Assembly: GCA_963667785.2 (NCBI GenBank) | Contig: CAXXMU010000001.1 | Coordinates: forward strand, 704,001 to 768,000 | DNA from: Alphaproteobacteria bacterium | Lineage (GTDB): Bacteria > Pseudomonadota > Alphaproteobacteria > UBA828 | Length of the DNA stretch: 64,000 bases | Reading direction: 5' to 3' | Shown: in pieces, positions 40,732 to 52,181 of the stretch | How the letters are laid out: each line of letters opens with the position of its first letter | Numbering within the stretch: position 1 is the first letter of the stretch | Translations under genes and position numbers: made by a program | The notes under the pieces: generated by a model | What the model was told of the DNA's origin: nothing | Database searches by the model: none | What the model saw: the letters and a program-made list of their open reading frames with translations, nothing else

Positions 40732-41714
40732 GGCGCGCAACGGGTCCGGCACCGACGCGGCGCCGCTTCATCGCCATCGCCGCCGCGGTCGCCGGCCTGC
40801 CGCTGGCGGCGCTCCCCGCCGGCGCGGCGCAGGCGCCGCTCCACCGCTGGTCCGGCATCGCGCTGGGGGCCAAGGCCGAGATCGCCCTGCACGACCCGGA
40901 TGCGGCCCGTGCGCGCCGGCTGATCGCGGCCTGCGTCGCCGAGATCGACCGGCTGGAGGATGTGTTTAGCCTCTACCGGCCGGAGAGCGCGATCTGCCGG
41001 CTCAACCGCGCCGGCCGCCTCGCAGCCCCGCCGCTGGAGCTGGTCGCGCTGCTGGCTGAGGCGCGGGCCTATGCGGAGCGGACCGACGGCGCCTTCGACG
41101 TCACGGTGCAGCCGCTCTGGCGCCTCTACGCCGCGCACTTCGCGCGTGCAGGTGCCGACGCGCGCGGGCCGGGGGAGGCCGCTCTGGCGCGCGTCCGGGC
41201 CCTGGTGGACCACCGGGCGCTGGAGATCGACGCGGCGGAGGTCCGCTTCGCCCGGCCCGGCATGGCGATTACGCTGAACGGGATCGCCCAGGGCTTCATC
41301 ACCGATCGCGTCGCCGCCCTGCTCCGGGACGCCGGCATGACTGACGTCCTGCTCGACATCGGCGAGTGCCGGGCGCTCGGCCGCCATCCCGACGGCCGCC
41401 CCTGGCGCATAGGCCTCCGCCGGGCGGCGGAGCCGGAAAGTGTGGCGCGCACCATCGCGCTTGCGGACGGCGCCGTCGCCACCTCGGCGGGCAGCGCCAG
41501 CCCGTTCGAGCCGAGCGGCCGCTGGCACCATCTCTTCGACCCGGCGACGGGCCGGCCCGCGCAGGCGGCGGGGCAGGTCTCGGTGATCGCGCCGAGCGCC
41601 ACCATGGCCGATGCGCTCTCCACCGCGCTCGCCGTCTCTCTTCCTGCGCGCGTCGCCGCCATCGCCGCCCGCTTCCCCGGGATCGACGTGCTATCCGACG
41701 CGGCTGCGGGCTAG
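40728..41714 (+). CDS. nosX: NosX/ApbE FAD:protein FMN transferase
   Basis: Tat motif TRRRFI; FDVTVQPLW, LNGIAQGFITD, VATSAG, HHLFDP.TG, ADALST. Confidence 0.92.
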   Translation: MRRATGPAPTRRRFIAIAAAVAGLPLAALPAGAAQAPLHRWSGIALGAKAEIALHDPDAARARRLIAACVAEIDRLEDVFSLYRPESAICRLNRAGRLAAPPLELVALLAEARAYAERTDGAFDVTVQPLWRLYAAHFARAGADARGPGEAALARVRALVDHRALEIDAAEVRFARPGMAITLNGIAQGFITDRVAALLRDAGMTDVLLDIGECRALGRHPDGRPWRIGLRRAAEPESVARTIALADGAVATSAGSASPFEPSGRWHHLFDPATGRPAQAAGQVSVIAPSATMADALSTALAVSLPARVAAIAARFPGIDVLSDAAAG

Positions 41715-41757
41715 GATACGCCCCGCCCAACCCCGATTCCCGCCGAGCGGGCGCCCG

Positions 41758-42723
41758 ATGGCCGTCTACACCGAAGTCTCAGACGACGAACTCGCCGCGT
41801 TCATCGCGGACTACGACATCGGCCCGGTCCTCTCCTTCAAGGGCATCGCCGAAGGGGTCGAGAACTCGAACTACGTCCTGCTGACCGGGGGCGGCCCCTA
41901 CATCCTCACGCTCTACGAGAAGCGCGTCGCCGAAGCCGACCTGCCCTTCTTCCTCGGCCTGATCGAGCACCTGGCGGCGCGCGGCGTGCCCTGCCCAGTA
42001 CCGGTCCACGGGCGGGACGGCGAGGTGCTGCGCAGGCTCTGCGGCCGGCCGGCGGCGATCACGAGCTTCCTCGCCGGCGTCTGGCCCAGGCGCCCCCGGC
42101 CCGACCAGTGCGCGGCGCTCGGCGAGGCGCTGGCGCGGCTGCACCTCGCGGGCCTCGACTACGCGCCGCAGCGCGCCAACGCGCTCTCCCTCGATAGCTG
42201 GCGGCCGCTGTTCGAGCGCTGCCGCGCGGGCGCCGACGACGTGGCGCCGGGGCTCTCGGCCGAGGTCGCGGCCACGCTGAGCCGCATCGACGCGGAATGG
42301 CCGCGCGACCTGCCGCGCGGCGTGATCCACGCCGACCTTTTCCCCGACAACGTCTTCTTCGAGCGCGACCGGCTCAGCGGCCTGATCGACTTCTACTTCG
42401 CCTGCAACGACGCGCTGGTCTACGACCTCGCCGTCTGCCTCAACGCCTGGTGCTTCGAGCCCGATCTCAGCTTCAACGTGACCAAGGCGCGCCTCATGAT
42501 CGGGCGCTACCGCGCGGTGCGCCGCTGCTCGGCCGACGAGATCGCCGCGCTCCCGCGCCTTGCGGAGGGGGCGGCGCTGCGCTTCCTGCTGACCCGCCTC
42601 TACGACTGGATCAACCAGGTGGACGGCGCGCTCGTCAAGCCCAAGGACCCGCGCGAGTACCTCCACAAGCTCCGCTTCCATCGCGGCGTGAGGGACCCTG
42701 CGGCCTACGGCATCGATCCGTGA
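41758..42723 (+). CDS. thrB: Homoserine kinase type II
   Basis: [47 protein letters not shown]. Confidence 0.95.
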   Translation: MAVYTEVSDDELAAFIADYDIGPVLSFKGIAEGVENSNYVLLTGGGPYILTLYEKRVAEADLPFFLGLIEHLAARGVPCPVPVHGRDGEVLRRLCGRPAAITSFLAGVWPRRPRPDQCAALGEALARLHLAGLDYAPQRANALSLDSWRPLFERCRAGADDVAPGLSAEVAATLSRIDAEWPRDLPRGVIHADLFPDNVFFERDRLSGLIDFYFACNDALVYDLAVCLNAWCFEPDLSFNVTKARLMIGRYRAVRRCSADEIAALPRLAEGAALRFLLTRLYDWINQVDGALVKPKDPREYLHKLRFHRGVRDPAAYGIDP

Positions 42724-43163
42724 CCGTTAGGATCTATACCGACGGCGCCTGCAGCGGCAATCCGGGGCCGGGCGGCTGGGGCGCGGTGCTGCTCTTCGGC
42801 GAACACCGCCGCGAGATCAGCGGCGCGGCGCCCGAGACCACCAACAACCGCATGGAGCTCACCGCCGCGATCCGGGCGCTGGAAGCACTCACCCGCCGCT
42901 CGGCGGTCGACCTCTACACCGACAGCACCTACGTCAAGGACGGCATCACCCGGTGGCTCGCGAACTGGAAGGCCAAAGGCTGGCGCACCGCATCGAAAAC
43001 CCCGGTCAAGAACCGCGACCTGTGGGAGGCCCTCGATGCCCTCAGCAGCCGCCACGACGTGCGCTGGCACTGGGTGCGGGGCCATGCCGGCACGGCCGAG
43101 AACGAGCGCGCGGATGCGCTCGCCCGCACGGCGCTGAAAGAGGGGGTTACTCCGCGGCGCTGA
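42720..43163 (+). CDS. rnhA: Ribonuclease HI
   Basis: [44 protein letters not shown]. Confidence 0.96.
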   Translation: MTVRIYTDGACSGNPGPGGWGAVLLFGEHRREISGAAPETTNNRMELTAAIRALEALTRRSAVDLYTDSTYVKDGITRWLANWKAKGWRTASKTPVKNRDLWEALDALSSRHDVRWHWVRGHAGTAENERADALARTALKEGVTPRR

Positions 43164-46100
43164 CCTGGGGCGCGGGCGCGCGGAAGGCGGCCAGCAACTC
43201 GGCCTCGCGCTCCTTCGCGCAGGCGATGTTGGCCTCCTTCACGTGGCCGAAGCCGCGCATGGCGAGCGGCACCTCGGCGATCTCCACCGCCAGCGCATGG
43301 TTGTCCGAGCCGAGGCCGGCGATCAGCGCCTCGACCGTCGCCTCGTACTCGCCGATCAGCGCCCGCTCCCGGCGCCGCTCGGCGGTGTAGCCGAAGGGGT
43401 CGAGGGCGGTCCCGCGCAGGCCCCTGAACGCCACCAGCAGGCGGAAGGCCGGCAGCATCCACGGCCCGAAGACCTGTTTCTTCAGATGGCCGGTCTCGGG
43501 GTCGCGGCGGGCGAAGAGCGGCGGCGCCAGGCTGAAACGGAGCCCGATCCGCCCCTCGAACTGCGACGCCACGCGGGCCTGGAAGCGGCCGTCGGTGAAG
43601 AGCCGGGCGACCTCGTACTCGTCCTTGTAGGCGAGCAGCTTGTGATAGGCGCGGGCGACCGCCTCGCCGAGGGACTCGCGGCCCGGCGCGCGCTGCCGCT
43701 CCGCCTCCCGCACCCGGGCCACCAGCGCCCGGTAGCGCGCGGCGTAGGCCGTGTTCTGATAGGCCCTGAGGTCGGCGGCGCGGCGCTCGATCAGCGCATC
43801 CAGCCCTTCGGCCGGCGCTTCCTCGCGCAGCGTGCCGGTCTCGGCCGCCGCATCCAGCACGGCCTGCCGGTCGTGCGCCGCGGCGCGGCCCCAGCGGAAG
43901 GCGCGCAGGTTGGCGTCGGTGGCGACGCCGTTGAGCGCGATCGCCCGTTCGATCGCGTCCGCACCGAGCGGGACCAGGCCGCGCTGGTAGGCGACGCCGA
44001 GAAGGAAGAGGTTGGCGTAGACGGCATCGCCGATCAGCGCCGTGGCCAGCCGGGTCGCGTCGACGACGTCGATCCCCCGCGCCGACGCCGCGATCACCCG
44101 CTCGAGCTGGTCGGCGGGGTAGGCGAGGTCGGGCACCCGGGTGAAGTCTCCGGTCGGCATGCGCGCGCCGTTGATCACGGCATGCGAGGCGCTGCGGTCG
44201 AGCCGCGAGGTCGCCTCCCGGCTCGCCGCCACCACCAGGTCGATGCCGAGCAGGAGCCTGGCGCCGCCCGTGGCGATGCGCACCGCGTGGAGGTCGTCCG
44301 CCCGTTCGGCGATGCGGACATGGCTGGTGACGGCGCCGTACTTCTGGGCGAGGCCCGCCTTGTCGAGCACCGTCGCGCCCTTGCCCTCGAGCCTGGCCGC
44401 GGTGCCGAGCAGCGCGCCGAGGGTCACGATGCCGGTGCCGCCGACGCCGGCCAGCAGGATGCCGTAGGGCTCGGCGCAGGAGGGGCGCGCGGGCTCGGGC
44501 AGCGCGGCGATGGGCCGCTCGGAGACGCCGTCGGAAGCGCCCGCTCGCCGCGTCCCCCCCTTGACCAGCACGAAGCTCGGGCAGAAGCCCTTGAGGCAGG
44601 AGAAGTCCTTGTTGCAGGCGGACTGGTCGATCGCCCGCTTGCGGCCGAACTCGGTCTCGAGCGGCACCACCGAAAGGCAGTTGGACTGCACCCCGCAGTC
44701 GCCGCAGCCCTCGCAGACGTCCGGGTTGATGATGACCCGCCAGTCCGGGTCCTCCAGCGTGCCGCGCTTGCGCCGGCGCCGCTTCTCGGTCGCGCACATC
44801 TGGTCGTAGACGATGGCCGAGACCCCCTCCCAGGCGCGCAGCTCGCGCTGCACCCGGTCGAGCTCGTCACGGTGGTGGATCGTCACGCCGTCGGCGAACT
44901 GCCCGTCGAAGGGGTATTTCTCCGGCTGGTCGGTGACCACGGCGACGCGGCCCACGCCTTCCTCCTGGATCTGGCGGGTCACGCGCTGGACCGAGAGCGG
45001 CCCGTCCATGGGCTGGCCGCCGGTCATCGCGACCGCGTCGTTGTAGAGGATCTTGTAGGTCATGTTGACGTTGGCGGCGACGGCGGCGCGGATCGCCAGG
45101 ATGCCGGAGTGGAAGTAGGTGCCGTCGCCGATGTTCTGGAACACGTGGCGGGTCTCGGTGAAGGGCGCCTGCCCGATCCAGCTCGCGCCCTCGCCGCCCA
45201 TGTGGGTGAAGGTCGCGGTCTCGCGGTCCATCCACTGCGCCATGTAGTGGCAGCCGATGCCGGCGAGCGCGCGGCTCCCCTCCGGCACCTTGGTCGAGCT
45301 GTTGTGCGGGCAGCCGGAGCAGAAGTAGGGCACGCGCTCGATGGCCGCGGGCTCGGCGGCGGCGCTCTCCGCCCACCTGGCCTGCAGATGGGCGACGCGC
45401 GCCTCGATGCGCTCGTCCGTGCCGAAGCGCGCGAGCCGGGCGGCGATGGTCTGCGCCACACCGCCGGGGTCCAGCTCGCCGGAGGCGCGCAGCAGCGGCC
45501 GCCCGTCCTCGTCGCACTTGCCGATGACGCGGGGCCGCGCGCTCGCCGGCAGGTTGTAGAGGATCTCCTTGATCTGGTTCTCGATGAAGCCGCGCTTCTC
45601 CTCCACCACGAGGATTTCGTCCAGCCCGCCGGCGAAGCGCCTGATGCCGTCCGGCTCCAGCGGCCAGCTCATGCCGACCTTGTAGAGGGCGAGCCCCGAA
45701 CGCCGGGCAAGTTCCTCGTCGATGCCGAGATCGTCGAGCGCCTGGCGCACGTCGAGGTAGGACTTGCCGGTGGTGACGATGCCGAGGCGGCGCCCCGGCC
45801 CGTCGATCACGGCGCGGTCGAGCCCGTTCGCGCGGCCGTAGGCGCGGGCGGCCGCGAGCTTGTGCTCCAGCAGCCGCTCCTCCTGTTCGAGCGGCGTGTC
45901 CGGCCAGCGGATGTTGAGCCCGCCCGGCGGCAGCGCATGGTCCTCGGGCGGGACGATGGCGACGCGGTGGGGGTCCACGGAGACGATGGCCGAGCTGTCC
46001 ACGGTCTCGGCGATGCAGATGAAGCCGACCCAGAGGCCGGCGTAGCGCGAGAGCCCCCAGCCGTGCAGCCCGAAATCCAGGAACTCCTGCACGCCGGCGG

Positions 46101-46617
46101 GGTTGAGCACCGGCATGGCGGCGCTCACGAAGTCGAATTCGCTCTGATGCGCCGTCGTCGAGGAGGCGCAGACGTGGTCGTCGCCGGCGAGCGCGATGAC
46201 GCCGCCGTGCGGCGCCGTGCCGGCGTTGTTGGCGTGCTTGAAGACGTCCATGGTGCGGTCGACGCCCGGCCCCTTGCCGTACCAGATGGCGAAGACGCCG
46301 TCGTGCTTCGCGCCGGGGAAGAGCCCCACCTGCTGTGTGCCCCAGAGCGCGGTGGCCGCCGTGTCCTCGTTGACGCCCGGCCGGAACAGCACGTTGTGCG
46401 TCTCCAGGAACCGCTGCGCCTGCCACAGCGCCCGGTCGAAATTGCCGAGCGGCGAGCCGCGGTAGCCCGAGATCATGCAGGCCGTGTCGAGCCCGGCCGC
46501 CTTGTCCCTCAGATGCTGCATCATCGGCAGCCTGACCAGGGCCTGGGTGCCGGTCATGTAGATCTCGCCCGAGCGGGCGGCGTACTTGTCGTCGAGCGAA
46601 ACCGCGGCGAGCGTCAT
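43147..46617 (-). CDS. Fused indolepyruvate:ferredoxin oxidoreductase-family protein
   Basis: [61 protein letters not shown]. Confidence 0.93.
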   Translation of the reverse strand: MTLAAVSLDDKYAARSGEIYMTGTQALVRLPMMQHLRDKAAGLDTACMISGYRGSPLGNFDRALWQAQRFLETHNVLFRPGVNEDTAATALWGTQQVGLFPGAKHDGVFAIWYGKGPGVDRTMDVFKHANNAGTAPHGGVIALAGDDHVCASSTTAHQSEFDFVSAAMPVLNPAGVQEFLDFGLHGWGLSRYAGLWVGFICIAETVDSSAIVSVDPHRVAIVPPEDHALPPGGLNIRWPDTPLEQEERLLEHKLAAARAYGRANGLDRAVIDGPGRRLGIVTTGKSYLDVRQALDDLGIDEELARRSGLALYKVGMSWPLEPDGIRRFAGGLDEILVVEEKRGFIENQIKEILYNLPASARPRVIGKCDEDGRPLLRASGELDPGGVAQTIAARLARFGTDERIEARVAHLQARWAESAAAEPAAIERVPYFCSGCPHNSSTKVPEGSRALAGIGCHYMAQWMDRETATFTHMGGEGASWIGQAPFTETRHVFQNIGDGTYFHSGILAIRAAVAANVNMTYKILYNDAVAMTGGQPMDGPLSVQRVTRQIQEEGVGRVAVVTDQPEKYPFDGQFADGVTIHHRDELDRVQRELRAWEGVSAIVYDQMCATEKRRRRKRGTLEDPDWRVIINPDVCEGCGDCGVQSNCLSVVPLETEFGRKRAIDQSACNKDFSCLKGFCPSFVLVKGGTRRAGASDGVSERPIAALPEPARPSCAEPYGILLAGVGGTGIVTLGALLGTAARLEGKGATVLDKAGLAQKYGAVTSHVRIAERADDLHAVRIATGGARLLLGIDLVVAASREATSRLDRSASHAVINGARMPTGDFTRVPDLAYPADQLERVIAASARGIDVVDATRLATALIGDAVYANLFLLGVAYQRGLVPLGADAIERAIALNGVATDANLRAFRWGRAAAHDRQAVLDAAAETGTLREEAPAEGLDALIERRAADLRAYQNTAYAARYRALVARVREAERQRAPGRESLGEAVARAYHKLLAYKDEYEVARLFTDGRFQARVASQFEGRIGLRFSLAPPLFARRDPETGHLKKQVFGPWMLPAFRLLVAFRGLRGTALDPFGYTAERRRERALIGEYEATVEALIAGLGSDNHALAVEIAEVPLAMRGFGHVKEANIACAKEREAELLAAFRAPAPQVSAAE

Positions 46618-46800
46618 CGTCGATCCTGTCGTGACTATCCGGCGCCTTCGGGGAAGGGGCGGCGGCGCAACCATGCCCCGGCCATCATACCCCATGCTGC
46701 CGTCTCGGCACGACGCCGGCACGGCCCCGCCGCATTGCGTTTGCGCCCTAGTGCTGACACTTTCGCGGCCCAGATCGGGCACCCCGCGCGGGAGGCGAGC

Positions 46801-47604
46801 ATGGAAGGCTACGAGCGCTACACCACGATGACGTTTGCGCGCGAGCGCCGCGTGCTCACCGTGACGCTCAACCGGCCCGACGTGCTGAACGCGGTGAACG
46901 CCGCCATGCACGCGGAGCTGGCGCGGCTCTTCAACGACATCGCCGCCGACCGCGAGACCGACATCGTCGTGCTGACCGGCGCCGGCCGCGCCTTCTGCGC
47001 CGGCGGCGACATCGACTGGCTCCAGAGCGCGATCGACGACCCGGCCGTCTTCGAGCAGATCGCCGTGGAGGCGAAGCAGATCGTGTTCGGCCTGCTCGAC
47101 CTGGAGAAGCCGGTCGTCTGCCGCCTCAACGGCGATGCGGTGGGCCTCGGCGCCACGGTCGCGCTCTTCTGCGACATCATCATCGCCTCCGAGGCCGCGC
47201 GGATCGGCGATCTGCACGTCAATATCGGGCTCTCGGCCGGCGACGGCGGCGCCATCATCTGGCCCCAGCTCATCGGCTACCCGCGCGCCAAGGAGTTCCT
47301 GATGACCGGCCGGCTGATCGACGGCGCCGGCGCCGCAGCGCTCGGCCTCGTCAACGAGGCGGTGCCGGCGGACGAGCTCGACGCCCGCACAGAGCGCATG
47401 GTGGGCAAGCTGGAGCGGGGGGCTGCGCAGGCGATCCGCCTCACCAAGGTCTCGATCAACGTCGGCCTGAAGCAGCTCGCCCACGGGATGATGGACGCCT
47501 CCATCGCCTACGAGAGCCTGACCAACGTCTCCGCCGACCACCGGGAAGGGCTCGCCGCCTTCCGCGAGCGCCGCAAGCCGGCGTTCGGCCGCGGCCCGGA
47601 ATAG
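46801..47604 (+). CDS. Enoyl-CoA hydratase/isomerase family protein
   Basis: LNRPDVLNA, GRAFCAGGD, GDAVGLGAT, AKEFLMTG, EGLAAFRERRKP. Confidence 0.9.
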   Translation: MEGYERYTTMTFARERRVLTVTLNRPDVLNAVNAAMHAELARLFNDIAADRETDIVVLTGAGRAFCAGGDIDWLQSAIDDPAVFEQIAVEAKQIVFGLLDLEKPVVCRLNGDAVGLGATVALFCDIIIASEAARIGDLHVNIGLSAGDGGAIIWPQLIGYPRAKEFLMTGRLIDGAGAAALGLVNEAVPADELDARTERMVGKLERGAAQAIRLTKVSINVGLKQLAHGMMDASIAYESLTNVSADHREGLAAFRERRKPAFGRGPE

Positions 47605-47607
47605 CCG

Positions 47608-49428
47608 GTGAGCGGGCGCAGGCCACGGGCGGCTGAGGCAGGCGCGAGGGCCGCCCTGCGGGCCGGGGAGGAGGCGCTGCCGGGGTGGGATCTCTCCGAT
47701 CTCTATCCCCGCCCTGGGTCAGACGAGGTGCGGCGCGACCTGAAGCGGGCGAAAGCCGAGGCGGACGCGCTGCAGGACGAGTTCGCCGGCCGGGTCGCGG
47801 ACCTCGACGGAGACGCGCTCGGCGCGCTCGTCGCCCGCTACGAGGCCACCACGGAGACCCTGGAGCGGCTGACGAGCTACGCCTACCTCGTCTACTGCAC
47901 GGCGATGGAGGACGCCGAGACGGCACGCTTCTTCCAGACGATCCAGGAAGAGACCACCGCCATCGGCAGCCGGCTGCTCTTCCTCACGCTGGAGCTCAAC
48001 CGGATCGAGGACGATGCCCTTGCGGCGAAGCTGACCGCGCCGGCGCTCGCCCGCTACGCGCCCTGGGTGCGGGACGTGCGCAGCCTCCGCCCCTTCCAGC
48101 TCTCCGACGAGGTGGAGCGCCTGCTGCACGAGAAGCAGGTGGCCGGCCGCGCCGCCTGGGTGCGCCTCTTCGACGAGACCATGGCGGCGTTGCGCTTCCC
48201 CGTCGGCGGCGAGTCGCTCACCAGCGCCGAGGCGCTCGACCTGCTCTCGGACAAGGACGGAGAGGTGCGCAGGGAGGCGGCGCAGGCGGTGGGCAGCGTG
48301 CTCGGCGAGAACGTCCGCACCTTCGCGCTGATCACCAACACGCTCGCCAAGGACAAGGAGATCGAGGACGAGTGGCGCGGCTTCGAGCGGCCGATCTCGT
48401 CACGCAATCTCGGCAACCGGGTCGAGGACGAGGTGGTGGATGCGCTGATCGCCGCCGTCGAGGCCGCCTATCCGCGCCTCGCCCATCGCTACTACGCGCT
48501 CAAGGCCCGCTGGATGGGCAGGGACGCGCTCGACTACTGGGACCGCAACGCGCCGCTGCCTGAGGACGACGACCGCATCATCGGCTGGGACGAGGCGGTC
48601 TCCACCGTGCTCGCGGCCTATGGCGCCTTCTCGCCCGAACTCGCCGGCATCGGGCGACGCTTCTTCGACAATGACTGGATCGACGCGCCGGTGCGCCGCG
48701 GCAAGTCTCCCGGCGCCTTCGCCCACCCCACGGTGCCGGGCGCCCATCCCTACCTGCTGCTCAACTACCAGGGCCGGACGCGCGACGTGATGGTGCTCGC
48801 CCACGAGCTGGGCCACGGGGTCCATCAGGTGCTGGCGGGCGGGCAAGGCCTGCTGCTGGCGGAAACCCCGCTCACGCTCGCGGAGACCGCCTCGGTCTTC
48901 GGCGAACAGCTCACCTTCCGCGCGCTGCTCGACGGCGAGCGCGATCCCCTGCGGCGCCGGGTGATGCTCGCCGGCAAGGTCGAGGACATGCTCAACACGG
49001 TGGTGCGCCAGGTCGCCTTCTGCGCCTTCGAGCGCCGCGTGCACGAGGAGCGCCGCTCAGGCGAGCTCACGCCCGAGCGCCTCTCGGAGCACTGGCTCGC
49101 GGTCCAGGGCGAGAGCCTGGGCCCCGCGCTCCGCTTCCACGACGAGTACCGCTTCTACTGGTCCTACATCCCCCACTTCATCCACGCGCCCTTCTATGTC
49201 TACGCCTATGCCTTCGGCGAGTGCCTGGTGAACGCGCTCTACGCGGTCTATCGCGAGGAGCCGGCGGGCTTCGAGCAGAAGTATCTCGACATGCTCCGCG
49301 CCGGCGGCAGCCTCAGGCACCGGGAGCTGCTGGCTCCCTTCGGCCTCGATGCCTCGGATTCGGACTTCTGGACACGCGGGCTCGATGTGGTCGCCGGCTT
49401 CGTCGACGAGCTGGAGGCGGCGTTCTAG
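47608..49428 (+). CDS. M3 family oligoendopeptidase F
   Basis: WDLSDLY, GKSPGAF, LAHELGHGVH, LAETASVFGE, PHFIHAPFYVYAY. Confidence 0.93.
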   Translation: MSGRRPRAAEAGARAALRAGEEALPGWDLSDLYPRPGSDEVRRDLKRAKAEADALQDEFAGRVADLDGDALGALVARYEATTETLERLTSYAYLVYCTAMEDAETARFFQTIQEETTAIGSRLLFLTLELNRIEDDALAAKLTAPALARYAPWVRDVRSLRPFQLSDEVERLLHEKQVAGRAAWVRLFDETMAALRFPVGGESLTSAEALDLLSDKDGEVRREAAQAVGSVLGENVRTFALITNTLAKDKEIEDEWRGFERPISSRNLGNRVEDEVVDALIAAVEAAYPRLAHRYYALKARWMGRDALDYWDRNAPLPEDDDRIIGWDEAVSTVLAAYGAFSPELAGIGRRFFDNDWIDAPVRRGKSPGAFAHPTVPGAHPYLLLNYQGRTRDVMVLAHELGHGVHQVLAGGQGLLLAETPLTLAETASVFGEQLTFRALLDGERDPLRRRVMLAGKVEDMLNTVVRQVAFCAFERRVHEERRSGELTPERLSEHWLAVQGESLGPALRFHDEYRFYWSYIPHFIHAPFYVYAYAFGECLVNALYAVYREEPAGFEQKYLDMLRAGGSLRHRELLAPFGLDASDSDFWTRGLDVVAGFVDELEAAF

Positions 49429-49443
49429 CCCGCCCCGCGCCGA

Positions 49444-50124
49444 TCAGCGTGGCGGGAGCGCCAGGGAAATCCGGCCCGCCTGCCAGTCGTCGGTGACCTC
49501 GGCGGCGGGGACGCCGGCGGCATCGAGGGCGGTGAGCTCCTTCCACGCCAGCCACGCCTTCATCAGCGCGTATCCCAGGGAGTATCCTGCGCTGCGCGGC
49601 CACTCGGGATCGTTCTTGCGGCCGAACATCCAGGCATCGTGATCGAAGTCCGTCGCCGCCAGGAGAGGGCGGGCGCGGTCGGCCATCTTCATCAGGGTCT
49701 CGCGGTCGAGCGTCACGGCGTAGAAGGGGGTGGGCGCGCCGGCCTGCTCCTCGAAGCACTGGGCAAGCCCTTCGCTGACGAAACGGCCGCCGAGCGTGTA
49801 CGTCTCGGCGCCGCTTCGAAGCCGCACCACGTGGTGCATCTCGTGAGCGAGCGTGCCGAAAAGTCTGTCGAAGCGCTCGGGATCGTGCAGCCGGGGCGAA
49901 GCCGGGTCGACACCGATGGTGATGCGGCCGGAACTGTTCGCGAATCCGCTGAAGCCGTAAGCCGGCAGCACCCAGGCATCGGGCGCCACGACGACATCGA
50001 GGCGATCCAGCCGGACGAGGCGGGCGATTCGCTCGTACGCCGCCTCGAGCTCGCGCATGATGTCCTGCCTGAGCGGCGCCGGGAGCTCGTCCATCGCATC
50101 CAGCAGGCGGAACCTGAATGTCAT
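49444..50124 (-). CDS. DUF2268-like putative Zn-dependent protease
   Basis: AHEMHH zincin motif, TLG...VSEGLA.CF, AGYSLGY. Confidence 0.75.
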   Translation of the reverse strand: MTFRFRLLDAMDELPAPLRQDIMRELEAAYERIARLVRLDRLDVVVAPDAWVLPAYGFSGFANSSGRITIGVDPASPRLHDPERFDRLFGTLAHEMHHVVRLRSGAETYTLGGRFVSEGLAQCFEEQAGAPTPFYAVTLDRETLMKMADRARPLLAATDFDHDAWMFGRKNDPEWPRSAGYSLGYALMKAWLAWKELTALDAAGVPAAEVTDDWQAGRISLALPPR

Positions 50125-50286
50125 GGCGTTCCCGATCGGTGACGCGCCGGATGGCCCGGTGGGAGAGCGGCCGCCGTCGCCGGCCGCGCCCCGGAATAGC
50201 AACGGAAGGCCGCACGTGGAAATGCCCGGCGCGGCCTCATGCATGACGCGGCGGCATACGCCGCCGCCTCTGCGTCATGGCCGGCC

Positions 50287-50437
50287 CTAGAGCGTGTCCG
50301 CTTTACACGGAAACGCTCTAGCCTCTTTGTCGCTCCCGGCAGCCGACCTGCGGTCGGCGCCTGCGCGGGCGCGCCGCATAAGCGGCGGGCCGCAGTCGCG
50401 GCCTGTCGCGTATCCGTCAAAGACGGATACGCTCTAG
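50287..50437. repeat. Intact ~150-bp CTAG-bounded palindromic repeat (RIME/MITE-like)
   Basis: Terminal IR CTAGAGCGT...ACGCTCTAG; a hairpin at each end; homologous to 56587-56735 (inverted) and 25005/25686 (split). Confidence 0.85.
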
Positions 50438-51195
50438 AGGAAGACCGTGCCGCCGTCCACCATCAGGGTCTGGCCGGTGACGAGCTTGCTCGCGTCCGAC
50501 GCGAGGTAGAGCACCGTGCCGACCAAATCGTCGGTCGTGAGGTTCTTCTGCAGGCTCTGGCCGGTGGCGACGGCCTGGAGCAGCTTGTCCTTCTTGGCGC
50601 CGAAGAACTCGTCCGTGCCTTCGGTCAGCACCGCGCTCGGCGCGATGGCGTTGACCCTGATCCAGTCGCGCCCGAGCTCGCGCGCGAGCGCGCGAGTCAT
50701 GCCGATGACGGCAGACTTCGAGGTCGCGTAGTGGAGGCCGAAGGGCATGCCGTAGACCGCGGCCAGCGAGGCGATGTTGACGATGGAGCCGCCGCCGGCC
50801 TCGCGCATGGCCGGCACGCAGGCCTTGCAGCACTGCCAGACGCCGCGCACGTTGACCGCCATGGTGCGGTCCCACTCGTCCTGGGCGATCTTGTCGAAGC
50901 GCCCGCCCTGGATGTCGCCGTAGAGGGCGGCGTTGTTGATGAGCACGTCGATGCGCCCGAACTCGGCGACGGCGTGCCGGGCCATGGCCTCGCAGCTCGC
51001 CATGTCGGCGGCGTCGAGGGCGACGCCGGTGACACGGCCGTTGGTGGCGCCGATGGCCTCCACGGTCTCGGACGTGTCGCGGATATCGGCGGCGACCACC
51101 GCCGCACCCTCGCGCGCCAGCGCCTCGCAATAGGCGCGGCCCAGGCCCCGCCCGCCGCCGGTGACGACGACCACCTTCCCTTCAAGCTGTGACAT
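50434..51195 (-). CDS. Short-chain dehydrogenase/reductase
   Basis: TGGGRGLG, LINNA, YATSK, TGQTLMVDGG. Confidence 0.92.
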   Translation of the reverse strand: MSQLEGKVVVVTGGGRGLGRAYCEALAREGAAVVAADIRDTSETVEAIGATNGRVTGVALDAADMASCEAMARHAVAEFGRIDVLINNAALYGDIQGGRFDKIAQDEWDRTMAVNVRGVWQCCKACVPAMREAGGGSIVNIASLAAVYGMPFGLHYATSKSAVIGMTRALARELGRDWIRVNAIAPSAVLTEGTDEFFGAKKDKLLQAVATGQSLQKNLTTDDLVGTVLYLASDASKLVTGQTLMVDGGTVFL

Positions 51196-51358
51196 GGGGT
51201 CTCCCGCTTCTCCCGGATGCCGATGCCCGCGCGGCCCTGCCGCCGGGAGGCCACGAAATAGGCCACAACGGGTGCTGCCGCAAGCCGGCCGCCGGATCGC
51301 GCGTTCCGTATCGCAGGGTGCTAGTATGCCGCCCGAGAGCGCGAGAGCGGAGGGAACG

Positions 51359-52171
51359 ATGGCGACGAAGATCGCGGAACTGCCGGCCGGGACGGCGCAC
51401 ACGCTGCGCCGCAAGAACGACCGGGGCGTGACGACGCTCACGCTCAACCGGCCCAAGTCGGGCAACAGCCTCTCCCACGGGCTGGTGCACGAGCTGCAGG
51501 AGGCCCTGGATTCCATCAGGGACGACCGCTCCGTGCGCGTGGTGATCCTGGCGGCGAGCGGGCGGCTCTTCTGCACCGGCCACGACCTCAACGAATCGGT
51601 CGAGGCCATGAAGGCGCCGGAGACCAAGCGGGAGGCGACGGCGGCGTGCTCGCGCATGATGCAGAGCCTGATCGGCCTGCCCCAGCCGGTGATCGCCAAG
51701 GTCCACAGCATCGCCACCGCCGCCGGCTGCGAGCTCGTGGCGAGTTGCGATCTGGTCTACGCCTCGGCGGAGGCCAAGTTCGCGACGCCCGGCGTGAACA
51801 TCGGCTTCTGGTGCCACTCGCCGCAGGTGGCGGTGAGCCGCGCAGTCGCGCCCAAGCACGCCATGCAGATGCTGCTCACCGGCGAGCTGATGGACGCAGA
51901 CACCGCCTTCCGCATGGGGCTGGTGAGCGAGGTGGTGGCGCCCGACAAGCTCAACGAGAGGGTGGAGGAAGTGGCCCGGCATATCGCGGCGAAGTCGTCC
52001 TACGCCATCGCCCAGGGCAAGCAGTCCTTCTACCGCCAGCTCGAGATGGATCGCGGCGATGCCTACGACTACGCCGGCGAGGTGATCTATCGCACCATCC
52101 AGGCGGACGACGCCCGCGAGGGGATCACTGCCTTCCTCGAGAAGCGCGACCCGGTCTGGCAGGATTCCTGA
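51359..52171 (+). CDS. Enoyl-CoA hydratase (ECHDC3-like)
   Basis: FCTGHDL, PQPVIAKV, ATAAGCELVASCD, FATPGVNIG, EGITAFLEKR. Confidence 0.9.
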   Translation: MATKIAELPAGTAHTLRRKNDRGVTTLTLNRPKSGNSLSHGLVHELQEALDSIRDDRSVRVVILAASGRLFCTGHDLNESVEAMKAPETKREATAACSRMMQSLIGLPQPVIAKVHSIATAAGCELVASCDLVYASAEAKFATPGVNIGFWCHSPQVAVSRAVAPKHAMQMLLTGELMDADTAFRMGLVSEVVAPDKLNERVEEVARHIAAKSSYAIAQGKQSFYRQLEMDRGDAYDYAGEVIYRTIQADDAREGITAFLEKRDPVWQDS

Positions 52172-52181
52172 CGGAGCTTCC

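Noticed and set aside
43243-46800. Apparent 1453-aa (+) and 1464-aa (-) giant ORFs
   Set aside because: Each is a real gene (crotonase from 46801; IOR from 46617) extended upstream by the stop-free antisense frame of its divergent neighbour.
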